A stretch of 64,000 nt of DNA from positions 160,164 to 224,163 of the forward strand of contig PLCF01000085.1 of the NCBI GenBank assembly GCA_003135555.1. Direction: 5' to 3'. The position numbers and the translations under genes are program-made. Source of the stretch: Vulcanimicrobiota bacterium (lineage in GTDB: Bacteria > Vulcanimicrobiota > Vulcanimicrobiia > Vulcanimicrobiales > Vulcanimicrobiaceae). Below the pieces are notes generated by a model, which was not told the origin of the DNA, ran no database searches, and saw nothing but the letters and a program-made list of their open reading frames with translations. Position 1 is the stretch's first letter; each line of letters begins with the position of its first letter. Shown here piece after piece: positions 39,237-48,686 of the stretch.

Positions 39237-40220
39237 TCAGCTCATCGAAAGAACGGTCGTTCCCTGGGAATCGAAGTCGACCCGGACCTCGGGAAGTCCG
39301 GCTTCGCGCATCGCATGACGGAGCTGCGTCTTGTTCTCGGTGTAGAACAGAAGAAAGCCGCCGCCTCCGGCGCCGATCAGCTTGCCGCCGAGCGCTCCGT
39401 TCGCTCGCGCCAGCTGATACCAGCGGTCGATGCGCTCGTTCGTCATCCCCGCGGAGCGCACACGCTTGCGTTCCCAATGCTCGTGCATGATCCCGGCGAA
39501 CATCCGCAGATCGCCGCCCTCGAGCGCAGCCAAGCTGCGCTGTCCGAGCTCCTTGACGTAGTGAAGGTCATCGATCATGCGGCGGTCCGTGTTCTTCGTG
39601 CGGTCGTCCTGATCTTTGAGGATCGCCGACGCCGAGCGCGTGTAGCCGGTGAAGAAGAGCATCATGCCGTCCTGCAGGTTATCGCGCGTTTCGGTGTCGA
39701 TTCGAACGGCCTTGACGTTCACCGATCCGTCGGGTGCGAAGTCCATCATGGTGATCCCGCCGTAGGCGGCGATGTACTGGTCCTGCTTGCCGATGGGCTC
39801 ACCGAGCACGTCTATCTCGAGGTGACAGGCCTCTTCAGCGAGCCGCGCCTTCGTGACGATCTCGTGGTTCATGGCGTGCAGTGCGCCGAGCAACGCCGTC
39901 GTAAAGCTGCCGGAGGAGCCCAGCCCCGTGCCCGCCGGGATGTCGGACATGCTAGCGATCTCCAGCGAGGTGACCGGCGTTCCCGTGAGACGCAGTGCTT
40001 CGCGAATGATCGGATGGGCGATCTCCTCGACCGCCGTGACACGTTCCATTCGGGAGTATTTAATGATGCACTCTTCTACGAACGTGCGGTGCAGCGTGAT
40101 GTACACATACTTGTCGATCGCGGCGGCGACCAGAAATCCGCCGTGCTCGCGGTAGTACGACGGCAGGTCGGTGCCGCCGCCGCCGAGCGAGATGCGCAGC
40201 GGCGAACGAACGATGATCAT
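39237..40220 (-). CDS. hddA: GHMP sugar kinase (HddA/LmbP family)
   Basis: PLRISLGGGGTD, PAGTGLGSSG, GKQDQY, GKLIGAGGGG. Confidence 0.88.
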   Translation of the reverse strand: MIIVRSPLRISLGGGGTDLPSYYREHGGFLVAAAIDKYVYITLHRTFVEECIIKYSRMERVTAVEEIAHPIIREALRLTGTPVTSLEIASMSDIPAGTGLGSSGSFTTALLGALHAMNHEIVTKARLAEEACHLEIDVLGEPIGKQDQYIAAYGGITMMDFAPDGSVNVKAVRIDTETRDNLQDGMMLFFTGYTRSASAILKDQDDRTKNTDRRMIDDLHYVKELGQRSLAALEGGDLRMFAGIMHEHWERKRVRSAGMTNERIDRWYQLARANGALGGKLIGAGGGGFLLFYTENKTQLRHAMREAGLPEVRVDFDSQGTTVLSMS

Positions 40221-41209
40221 GCGCGACCTTCCATTGCGTACACCTGTTCAACGATCGCCAGCGCTGCGGCCGCGTCCTCGAAATTCGGCTGGGGCTCCCG
40301 GTCGAGGGCGATGTCGTCGAGAAACGCCTGGTACTCCGCGGCCCAGGAGTCGTCTCCCATGGGGTACTCGTAGATCGTAGTCGGCGGCGGACCAAGTTGG
40401 GGCGTCATCGCATAGTACGAAAGGCGCTCGACGCCGTAGCTGCCGCCCAGGCCGCCGATCTCGAGCTTCCCGGTACGCCCGAAAATCTCGAACGAGAACA
40501 GATTCTTCCATTCAGTCCACGACGCGTGCAGCGAGGCGACCTGGCCGCGCGGCGTACGCAGCAGAAAGAACGCGTTGTCTTCGACCGGAGCGGCCCAGAA
40601 GTACGTCGGAACGGCGCCCGCGACGACGCTGAAATCGCCGAGGAACCACCGTGCGAGGTCGACCAAGTGCATCCCCTGATCGATTGCCTCGCCGCCGCCC
40701 GAGACCTCGGGGACGAAGCGCCACTCTTTCTCGTAGCCAAGCCGACCGCCGTGGCCATAGCGGCCGCGGACGTGCGTGAGCTCGCCGATGCCGCCGCGGT
40801 CGACGATCTCGCGCGCTTGCCGAAACGCCGGATGGTAGCGGTGATTGAAGCCCACGCGGACCTTGGCTCGGCTACGCGCAACCGCGGCGCGGACCGCGCC
40901 GAGCTCGCCGCTGCGGCGCGCCGCCGGTTTCTCGACCAACACCTGTTTCCCGGCGTCCGCTGCGGCAGCGGTGATCTCCGCCAGGACGTCGTGCGGGGTC
41001 GCGACCACGACCAGATCGATGTCCATGCGAGTGACGATCTTGCGCCAGTCGGACGCCGGCTCGGCGCCACACGCAGTCGCAAGCGCTGCTGCTCGCGATC
41101 CGTTCGAATCGCACACTGCGCGCAAGCTTCCGGGCGGCATCGCGCGCGCGCGCTTCTGACCGATCAGGCCACAGCCGACGATCGCGGCCCTCGGGATCAC
41201 CAGCTCCAT
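40217..41209 (-). CDS. Gfo/Idh/MocA oxidoreductase (candidate LmbZ-like)
   Basis: VGCGLIG, VEKP, VGFNHRYHP, GGGEAIDQGMH. Confidence 0.88.
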   Translation of the reverse strand: MELVIPRAAIVGCGLIGQKRARAMPPGSLRAVCDSNGSRAAALATACGAEPASDWRKIVTRMDIDLVVVATPHDVLAEITAAAADAGKQVLVEKPAARRSGELGAVRAAVARSRAKVRVGFNHRYHPAFRQAREIVDRGGIGELTHVRGRYGHGGRLGYEKEWRFVPEVSGGGEAIDQGMHLVDLARWFLGDFSVVAGAVPTYFWAAPVEDNAFFLLRTPRGQVASLHASWTEWKNLFSFEIFGRTGKLEIGGLGGSYGVERLSYYAMTPQLGPPPTTIYEYPMGDDSWAAEYQAFLDDIALDREPQPNFEDAAAALAIVEQVYAMEGRA

Positions 41210-42048
41210 CCTCGGTCTTCCGGGACGATCCTGCGCAGCGTTAGAACGTCACCGTCGAGCTGCTCTCGCCGCGCCGGGAACGTTCGCCACGGGTCCCAGG
41301 GTGCGGACACGAGCTTCCCGGTAATGCCGTCGGCGTCGCGCGAGGCGAGAAAGACGCACAGCTCGGCGCCCAGCGTGAGCGGCGTTCCGCCGCTCTCGCG
41401 CTGCTTGAGCGACGCCTCGTAGAAGGCGTCTCCGACGGTCGCGGGACCCGCTGCGAGCACTTCGTGCAGGAGCCGCGTATTGAGCGCGCCGGGCGCGACC
41501 ATGTTGACGTCGATGCCGGCCTCGCGCAGCTCTTCGGCAAGCGTCTCGCCGTAGCGCACGACGCCGGCCTTGGAGGCCGCGTACGCACTCAGGAAAGGCA
41601 GCGGCTTTGTCGCCCCCCCGCCGGAGAGGATCACAATCTTTCCCCGCGCGCTCCGCCGCAGCGCCGGCAATGCGGCACGGGTACAGTAGACGGCGCCGAG
41701 CAGATTGATGTGGATCGCATCGACCCAGCCGCGCCAGTCGACGTCTTCGATCCCGCCCATCGGTCCGTAGATGCCGGCGTTCACGATCAGCGCGTCGAGG
41801 CCGCCGAACGCGCTGGTGACGGCGGCGACGAGCGCGTCGACGTCTTCCTCGCGCGACACATCGGCGACGCGCGCTTCGATCCGCACGCCGGGATGCTGCT
41901 CGCGCAACGCATTCGCGGCGCGCTCGAGGCCGGCCACCTCACGTGCGCAAATTGCGACATCCGCACCCGCCATGGCGAACGAGTCCGCAATCGCGAGGCC
42001 GATCCCCTGCGATGCGCCAGTAACTAGGACGCGCTGCGGTGCGCTCAC
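41197..42048 (-). CDS. Classical SDR oxidoreductase (ketoreductase)
   Basis: TGASQGIG, NAG, YAASK, APG. Confidence 0.88.
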   Translation of the reverse strand: MSAPQRVLVTGASQGIGLAIADSFAMAGADVAICAREVAGLERAANALREQHPGVRIEARVADVSREEDVDALVAAVTSAFGGLDALIVNAGIYGPMGGIEDVDWRGWVDAIHINLLGAVYCTRAALPALRRSARGKIVILSGGGATKPLPFLSAYAASKAGVVRYGETLAEELREAGIDVNMVAPGALNTRLLHEVLAAGPATVGDAFYEASLKQRESGGTPLTLGAELCVFLASRDADGITGKLVSAPWDPWRTFPARREQLDGDVLTLRRIVPEDRGWSW

Positions 42049-43337
42049 TCGGACACTTCCGCGGCGCCCGCCCCGCGTCCGAACGCGACATACTGCAAGG
42101 CCGTCGTTGCGCCCAAGGACTCTTCGAGGAATCGTGCCTGGTCGACGACGATACGCCGGCGCATCATCTCGAACACCGCGGGCGGAATCTCCCGGAACGC
42201 CGGCCACCCCGTAGAGATAACCGCCGCGTCCGCGCCCGCCAAGGCTGCGGCGGCCGAGGGGACGAGCTCGGCGATTCCTGCGAGCCGCCCGTCGCCGGCC
42301 GCGATCGCCGGATCGTAGGCTACGAGCGCGACCCCATCGGCGCGCAGCCGGTGCGCCAGCGCGACCGCGTTCGACCCGCGCAGCGTGTCGGTGCCGGGTT
42401 TGTAGACGAGCCCAAGAAGTGCGACACGTGGCGAAGGCACATCGCGCAGTGCCTCGCGCACGCGCTCGTACGTCCAGTTCCGGTGCTGGGAGTTGCTTGC
42501 CGCAGTGGCTCGAATTTGTTGTACGGGCACCCCCGTGCGGCCGGCGAGCGCAGCGAGAAAAATCAGGTCGCGGGCCAGGGTCCCTCCGGCGAATGCCTCT
42601 CCGGCGCGAACATACGCCTTCGGGCCGATGCGAAGATCGCTCTTGAGGCCGCGCTCCACGTCGCGCGCATCGGCGTCGGTCCGCTCGCATATCGCCGCGA
42701 GCTCGTTCGCGAATACGACCGAAGTCGCCAGGAACGCATTTATCGCGTGCTTCGTCATCTCCGCCGACTCGACGTTCATGGCGACTATCGCCGGCGCGAA
42801 CGCGCGTAGCGCGCGCTGTATCGTTTCGAGGGCACGTGGCTCGCGCGTGCCGACGACGAACCGGTCGGGCGAGCGGAAGTACGCGATCGCCGACCCCAGC
42901 CGCAAATTCTCCGGAACCGCGGCGAACGCAAAGCGGCCGCCGAGCCGGTGCTCGAGCTCGGCGACGCTCCCGACGGGAAGCTGCGACGAGACGGCGACGA
43001 CAGCGCCGCCCGGCAACGCGGAGAGCAGGTTCGTAGCGCGCTCGAGCACCCTATCCACGTCGGGCCGGTCGGCGTCGTCGATCGGCGTGTCATAGCAAAT
43101 CCACACGAGCTCTGCATGTGCCGCCGCCTCCGCATCGGCGCGAAAGACGAGACGGCCCGCGGCGCTTTGCGCTGCGATGAGTTCGCCCAGTCCAGGTTCC
43201 TCGACCGGAAGGCGGCCGGCCTCGATCTCCGCGACGACCTTTGGCTCGTCGAGCGCAACGACATCATGCCCCTCGGCGGCGAGGCACGCTGCGGTCACCG
43301 TCCCGAGGTGCCACAATCCGGCAACGGCGATCTTCAC
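42045..43337 (-). CDS. UDP-glucose/GDP-mannose dehydrogenase-family protein lacking the catalytic Cys (candidate LmbL-like)
   Basis: GLWHLG, EPGL, PENLRLG, EMTKHAINAFLA, AFAGGTLARD, GLVYKPGTDTLR. Confidence 0.85.
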   Translation of the reverse strand: MKIAVAGLWHLGTVTAACLAAEGHDVVALDEPKVVAEIEAGRLPVEEPGLGELIAAQSAAGRLVFRADAEAAAHAELVWICYDTPIDDADRPDVDRVLERATNLLSALPGGAVVAVSSQLPVGSVAELEHRLGGRFAFAAVPENLRLGSAIAYFRSPDRFVVGTREPRALETIQRALRAFAPAIVAMNVESAEMTKHAINAFLATSVVFANELAAICERTDADARDVERGLKSDLRIGPKAYVRAGEAFAGGTLARDLIFLAALAGRTGVPVQQIRATAASNSQHRNWTYERVREALRDVPSPRVALLGLVYKPGTDTLRGSNAVALAHRLRADGVALVAYDPAIAAGDGRLAGIAELVPSAAAALAGADAAVISTGWPAFREIPPAVFEMMRRRIVVDQARFLEESLGATTALQYVAFGRGAGAAEVSE

Positions 43338-44047
43338 TCGGGCTTCCGGAAAGCGATCGTGATGAAATGCGCGTGCGTCGCGTCGAGGCGGCCGACGCTC
43401 GGAGGCAGTGGATGATAGCCCGCCCCGAGCGCGCGAACGAGTTGCAGCCCGTGCAGCGTGCCGAGTTCGATCAGGCCCCGCAAACTGAAGATGCGATGGT
43501 GCTGCATCGGAAACGGCCAGCCTTCGTCACCGCGTCGAAGGGCGAGCGGATTCCCGACGCCGGCTGCCAGGCCGCTGACATTGGTCAGAGAGAACGCTTG
43601 CCAGCCAAGCACAAGCGCGCCGATGTTGTGCCAGCTCGAGGCGTTCTCGGTCGAGACGATGACGAGGCCGCCCGGCTTCGCGATCCGAGCGTTCTCTGCG
43701 ACGAAGAGGTCCGTGTCGTAAAGGTGTTCGATCACTTGATTGCTCACGACGAGGTCGAAGCTGTCCGCGGGAAACGGCAGGTGCGCGTTGAGGTCCGCTT
43801 CCGCGACGGTGAACCCGCGCCCGGTCGCTGCGCGCACGTGCGGATCGAAGACTTCGACGACCGACACGGACTCAGGCTCGAGGTCACGGGCGAGACGCAC
43901 GGTGAGCGCTCCGTCACCGCAGCCGAGATCGACCATCGTCCCGCCCCGGCGAAACCCCGCTGTTTTGGCGAGCTCGGCGATGTTCCGCTCGTTGAGGGCG
44001 ATCGCCTCATCCATTAGCCGCAGTCCCCAGGTCTTGAAGTTATGCAC
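43334..44047 (-). CDS. Class I SAM-dependent methyltransferase
   Basis: VDLGCGDG, ADLN, SNQVIEHL, KPGG. Start uncertain. Confidence 0.85.
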   Translation of the reverse strand: MHNFKTWGLRLMDEAIALNERNIAELAKTAGFRRGGTMVDLGCGDGALTVRLARDLEPESVSVVEVFDPHVRAATGRGFTVAEADLNAHLPFPADSFDLVVSNQVIEHLYDTDLFVAENARIAKPGGLVIVSTENASSWHNIGALVLGWQAFSLTNVSGLAAGVGNPLALRRGDEGWPFPMQHHRIFSLRGLIELGTLHGLQLVRALGAGYHPLPPSVGRLDATHAHFITIAFRKPE

Positions 44048-44326
44048 GAGCGTTCATCTTCGAGGCGAAAGTCGGAACTCCAAACAAGTCGCCTGCACGA
44101 CGATGCCCTGCGACGCGCGACGCGGGTACTGAGCGACCCTTACGATAGTACTGCAAGAGAAGTTGTCCAGTCGATTTGCAAACTCGGCCCGCGTCGACGC
44201 ATTCCGATGAGCTTTCAGCGCGATTTCCGGGGCTCGGCACGATGCCCTTCCTCTCGTTTTTAACAATGCCGCCGTCGCCGCGAGGTGCGGGAGGGTCGAT
44301 GCAGGCCGTCGTATCCTGTCGCTCCG

Positions 44327-45169
44327 ATGCCGCCGACCCCTGGGCGCTCTCAGCCTCGCGTTACGATTCCGCCCGCGACGAGCGTATATGGAAACGTCGA
44401 ACAGCACGCAGCCGCAGGCGACGGCGGCCTGCCGGCGCCAAGCGCCCGCCACAGCACAACGGCCGGCTCGGCCCACCCCCCGAAACCGTTTGCCGACCTT
44501 GCCATCGTTATCCCCGCATATGGCGAGGAGGGCAGCATCCGGGACGTCGTTGCCTCCCTTCGGGAATTCAACCCCGATGCCGTGGTCGTGGTCGTCGACG
44601 ACGGATCGCGGGACGCGACTGCGGACGCCGCGTTTGATGCGGGCGCGTTCGTGCTGCGGCATCCGATCAACCTTGGACAAGGAGCAGCGCTCCACACCGG
44701 CATCCGGTACGCCGTTCGGCGCGGAGCATCGATTGTCTGTACCTTCGACGCCGATGGTCAGCACGATCCTAGCTCGATACCCGCTATGCGCAGTCTACTG
44801 GACGATAGTCAAGCCGACGTCGTCCTGGGCTCGCGGTTCTTGGCCGAGAAACAATATGTCCCGCCGGTCCGGCGTGCGATGCTGAAAATGGCGCTTGCAT
44901 TTACAAGGCTGCACACGGGTCTCGCGCTGACCGATACCCACAACGGTCTGCGGCTGATGCGCGCCCACGCGGCGCTGCTGATGCTGCCGCGTCAGGCCGG
45001 GATGGCGCACGCGTCGGAAATGCTCGACCTCATTGCGACCCACCGGCTCCGGTATGTCGAGATTCCGAGCGAGGTCAAGTATACCGGGTATTCGATGCGG
45101 AAGGGACAGCGCTCGTTCAACGCTGTGAAGATCATCTTCGAACTCGCGTACCGGCGCCTCACGAGGTAA
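44327..45169 (+). CDS. GT2 polyprenol-phosphate glycosyltransferase (DPM-synthase-like)
   Basis: VIPAY, VDDGS, NLGQGAAL, DADGQH, GSRF, DTHNGLR. Start uncertain. Confidence 0.85.
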   Translation: MPPTPGRSQPRVTIPPATSVYGNVEQHAAAGDGGLPAPSARHSTTAGSAHPPKPFADLAIVIPAYGEEGSIRDVVASLREFNPDAVVVVVDDGSRDATADAAFDAGAFVLRHPINLGQGAALHTGIRYAVRRGASIVCTFDADGQHDPSSIPAMRSLLDDSQADVVLGSRFLAEKQYVPPVRRAMLKMALAFTRLHTGLALTDTHNGLRLMRAHAALLMLPRQAGMAHASEMLDLIATHRLRYVEIPSEVKYTGYSMRKGQRSFNAVKIIFELAYRRLTR

Positions 45170-45173
45170 CGCG

Positions 45174-45542
45174 ATGATCGTAAGCGTGCTCGTACTCTGC
45201 TTCATCATCATCGCGATCTACGTAGGAAGCCATCGGCTCAACGGCGTGCAGACGATCGCGGTGATTCTGTTCTTTCTCGTCGGTGTCGTGGTCGTCGTGT
45301 TCCCTACCGTCGCCGCCGGCATTGCCGAGCATCTTGGCGTAGGCCGCGGGGTCGATCTCGTCCTGTACCTCAGCGTCGTGGGCGGCTTGTTCGTCGCTGC
45401 GAACTTCTATTTCCGCATCAAGAGCCAAGAGGACATGCTCGGTACAATGGCGCGCGAGATCGCGCTGATGGCGCCGCGGGAGCACACGGTCCATGCCGCG
45501 CCGCCCGCGGGCGACAGGCCGGCGCCCGAAGCATCCAGTTGA
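45174..45542 (+). CDS. DUF2304-like small membrane protein
   Basis: 3 TM segments, LGVGRGVD motif, C-terminal AREIAL; follows a DPM-like GT2 as is typical of this family. Confidence 0.8.
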   Translation: MIVSVLVLCFIIIAIYVGSHRLNGVQTIAVILFFLVGVVVVVFPTVAAGIAEHLGVGRGVDLVLYLSVVGGLFVAANFYFRIKSQEDMLGTMAREIALMAPREHTVHAAPPAGDRPAPEASS

Positions 45543-45546
45543 GCAT

Positions 45547-47658
45547 TTAGTCCACGACTTTGAGGAGCTCGACGGTCGTGCGTGTTCCGGGCTGCAGCTG
45601 TTCGGTGACGAGCCTCAGGTGCTTCCACAGTGGAGTAGCGCGCATTCCGCCAAGAGCCTCCTTCCAAACGACGACATACGTGCAGCCGGCATCACTGAGT
45701 CGCGCGTACGCATCCGGCGACGCCAGAGTCCATTCGTTGAGCGCTGCTGGGCCACCGTAGTTTGTTCCATTGAAGATCTCGGTCTGGCTGTACATGTTCA
45801 TGAACTGCAGGTTGACGGCGTCGTAGATTTTGTCGCGCTGCGGGTCCAAGTGAGCGTTCGCGTACTCCAATATCGGCGCATCTTGCAACATGATCCCGCG
45901 CTCTGGCAGATTCTCATAGAGGTATGCAAAATTCAGGTACTGGGTGCCCATTACGGCCGGCGATGTCGCCCCGCGCTGGAGCCGCGTCACCAGCCCGTTT
46001 CCGAGTGCAGAGAAGATCAGAATGGACGCGATGAGGCCCACCTGCGCTAGGCGCGCCCCGCGCCAATCCTGGCCGAGTACGGCGTACCCTATCAAGAGGG
46101 CGACAACCGGAAGCGCGGTTTCAAGGTAACGAAACTCGACGGCGCCGCTGACGAGGACGAGCGCCGTAAACCACGCGGCGAAAGCGGATATCGGACGGAT
46201 CACCTCCGTGCCCCGCCGCGCGAAGAACGGCAGGGCGGCCCAAATTGGCAGAAGCGCCAGCCAAAGGGGGCCTGGAAGGTCGCGGAACTTCAACGGGTCC
46301 ATCGTCATCGCCCAAGGCAGCGAGACGAGGTTGGCCGGATCGAGCGTCTCCATGAGTCGCCCACTGAAGGTGTTCGAAACATTCGCGCCCATTGTCGCCG
46401 CACCGTACTGAGAATGGAAAATTCCCGGCGCAAGCGGAAAAATCGGATCCCCGATCATCCATTGAGCCGTAACGAGCGCAGGAGCGGCAGCCAGCAGCGC
46501 GCAACCCGCATACGACAAGAGCTGCGCCAGCAGAGCCCTTCTCGGCGCCTGCCGCCTTTGCAGGACACGCAAGGCAACAATTCCGAGCGCGATCACGGCG
46601 AACGCGCCGAACGTCTTGATACCGTAGGTAATCCCCAGAAAAAATCCGGCGCCGCCCAATGCAAGCTTCGACTCCGTGCGTTGCCACGAAAGATAGCAAT
46701 GCAGCGCCAGGATGACGAATGGAACAGCCCCGAGGTCGTTCTTCGCGGTCGTCGCAGACCACGCGACAACGGGTGAAGCGAAGAGGATTAGGGCAGCGGT
46801 CTCGCCGATCGCGCTCGACGAGAACCACGCTCGGGAGAACGCGATCAGTGCCAGCACGGTCATAACCGCCCCGCCCCAAGCAATGAGCTTGGCACCAATG
46901 GCCCCGACGAGGACCCACTCGAACGCGTAAACCGTTTCTTGATAGTGCGGCAGTGCGAAGGCCCAGATGCGTTCCGACGCGACGAGATTGAAAAAGCCAT
47001 GGTGCTGCGCGTACCGGAACGCCTCGGCAAGATGGTAATAGCGTGCGTCGAAGCCAACCTCGGGCGTGAGTGCGGCCAACAAGCTCACGTAGAGAGAAGC
47101 TGCCAGCAGTACCCAAATCAATGCAGTTAGGAGGCGCGGCACGCGGACGGTGTCCTTGAGCCGCGGCGCATTGCGCAGCCAGCGCCAGACGGAGAACGTC
47201 GAGAACGCGAACCCCCCGAGCAAGAGCGGAACTTCGAACCGCCGATGCAGCAGATGTAGGGTTGCGAGCAGATAGGCAACCGCGATGAGCACGGCTAGGC
47301 CGGCAACCATGCCGAATGCGATTCGGTCGAATGCGTCGCGAGCTGGAATGCGAAATGCGCGCAGCAATGCATCTCCGGGGCCGATCCCCGCACCGAATGT
47401 AAGGGCGAGTGCCGAGACGAGCACCGCATTGCGAGGGATGTGGGTCAGAATCAAACCGAGGTGCGAAAGGTCGGCCCAAACGGCGCTACGGATAGCCGGA
47501 TCGTCAAACGCATAAACGTGGATGGCGATCACAACGGCCCAGATCGGCAACAGGGCCGCGCCGAAGACTGCGAATCGACCCCATCGGCTGTCCAATATCG
47601 GCGTTGCGTGCAGCGGCTCGTCGGGCTGCGGGCCGCCGCGGATACTCGGCGGGGCCAA
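45547..47658 (-). CDS. Polytopic GT-C glycosyltransferase (ArnT/PMT-like), paralog 2
   Basis: Collinear with 17605-19713 (PEVGFDARYYHLAEA, WSATTAKNDL, WMIGDPIFPLA, LLKVVD). Start uncertain. Confidence 0.75.
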   Translation of the reverse strand: MAPPSIRGGPQPDEPLHATPILDSRWGRFAVFGAALLPIWAVVIAIHVYAFDDPAIRSAVWADLSHLGLILTHIPRNAVLVSALALTFGAGIGPGDALLRAFRIPARDAFDRIAFGMVAGLAVLIAVAYLLATLHLLHRRFEVPLLLGGFAFSTFSVWRWLRNAPRLKDTVRVPRLLTALIWVLLAASLYVSLLAALTPEVGFDARYYHLAEAFRYAQHHGFFNLVASERIWAFALPHYQETVYAFEWVLVGAIGAKLIAWGGAVMTVLALIAFSRAWFSSSAIGETAALILFASPVVAWSATTAKNDLGAVPFVILALHCYLSWQRTESKLALGGAGFFLGITYGIKTFGAFAVIALGIVALRVLQRRQAPRRALLAQLLSYAGCALLAAAPALVTAQWMIGDPIFPLAPGIFHSQYGAATMGANVSNTFSGRLMETLDPANLVSLPWAMTMDPLKFRDLPGPLWLALLPIWAALPFFARRGTEVIRPISAFAAWFTALVLVSGAVEFRYLETALPVVALLIGYAVLGQDWRGARLAQVGLIASILIFSALGNGLVTRLQRGATSPAVMGTQYLNFAYLYENLPERGIMLQDAPILEYANAHLDPQRDKIYDAVNLQFMNMYSQTEIFNGTNYGGPAALNEWTLASPDAYARLSDAGCTYVVVWKEALGGMRATPLWKHLRLVTEQLQPGTRTTVELLKVVD

Positions 47659-47715
47659 CTTAGCGAACTCCGGATCCGGCAGAAAATTTCCCCTTGTCGT
47701 GCAGAAGGATCAGAT

Positions 47716-47756
47716 TCGCGAAGCCTTCGCTCGAGTACGCCTTGGCTCTTGCGAGC
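47716..47756. repeat. Dispersed 41-nt intergenic element, copy 2
   Basis: 33/41 identical to 20236-20276. Confidence 0.7.
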
Positions 47757-47780
47757 CGATTGGTCTCGGCAGGGGCGACG

Positions 47781-48686
47781 TCAGCGCAGCGTCGCGGCGA
47801 ACCCGATCTTGTTCGCGGCGCTGCGCCAGCGCAGGTGCAGGGTGTCGCCGGCGGCCTCGTAGAGCAGGTGCAGGCGGGTGACGATCTTCAAGCGCGCGAT
47901 GCGCGCGGCGTGCGACCACCCGCGTGCCGCGGCGCGCTGCGCGATGAGATCGTACACCGCCGCCTCTTCGCGGAATCGGAACAGCGTCTTGTTGACCTGC
48001 GCCGTGTTCTGCGCCGGATGGCGCCGGTATTCGTACGCCGGCTCGTGGGTCCCGACGATCGTCCCGCCGCCGAAGAGGATGCGCGTGAAATACTCGAGGT
48101 CGGCGGCCTGGTACAGATCCTCCGGCCAGCGTTCGCCGGCGAGCCGCGAGCGCCGAAAGCACACCGTCGGTGCCATGATGAAGTCGGCCCGGGCCAGCGC
48201 CGCGACGCCGCCCTCGCCCGCGAGCACGGCGGGTCCCGCGCCGTGCGAGACGATGAACCGCTTCACATAGTCGACGAACGAAAACACCGCTTCGCCCGCC
48301 GCGTCGATGATGCGCGCTCCGCAGTAGTAGGCCGCGGCATCGGGATAGTGCCGCGCGAGCGCGCGAATCGTCGTGAGATAGTTCGGTTTGATGCGGTCGT
48401 CGGCGTGCAGCAGCGCGACGAGATCGGTCTGGGCGCAGTCCATGGCCCGGTTGAAGCTGGCGCAGATGACGACGTGCGTTCCGAACGCACGCCAGGTCAG
48501 GCGCGGGTCGCCGAAGCTCGCGACGAGCGCCTGTGCCTCGGCCGCTGCAGCGGGATCGCGCGTGTTGTCCGAGACGATGAGCTGCCAATCCGCACCCTCG
48601 AGCCGCAGCGCGCTGGAGAGCGTTTCGTGCAAGTACCCGGTGCCGCCGGCGAACGGGACGACCAGGGTGATCGGTTCGGTCGTCAC
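47781..48686 (-). CDS. GT2 glycosyltransferase
   Basis: LVVPF, VSDN, FNRA, LHADD, ADLE, YRRH. Confidence 0.85.
   Translation of the reverse strand: MTTEPITLVVPFAGGTGYLHETLSSALRLEGADWQLIVSDNTRDPAAAAEAQALVASFGDPRLTWRAFGTHVVICASFNRAMDCAQTDLVALLHADDRIKPNYLTTIRALARHYPDAAAYYCGARIIDAAGEAVFSFVDYVKRFIVSHGAGPAVLAGEGGVAALARADFIMAPTVCFRRSRLAGERWPEDLYQAADLEYFTRILFGGGTIVGTHEPAYEYRRHPAQNTAQVNKTLFRFREEAAVYDLIAQRAAARGWSHAARIARLKIVTRLHLLYEAAGDTLHLRWRSAANKIGFAATLR

Noticed and set aside
35696-43337. A lincosamide antibiotic biosynthetic cluster
   Set aside because: No amino-acid activation, carrier protein, thiol S-glycosyltransferase or resistance genes are present; the context is envelope glycan.
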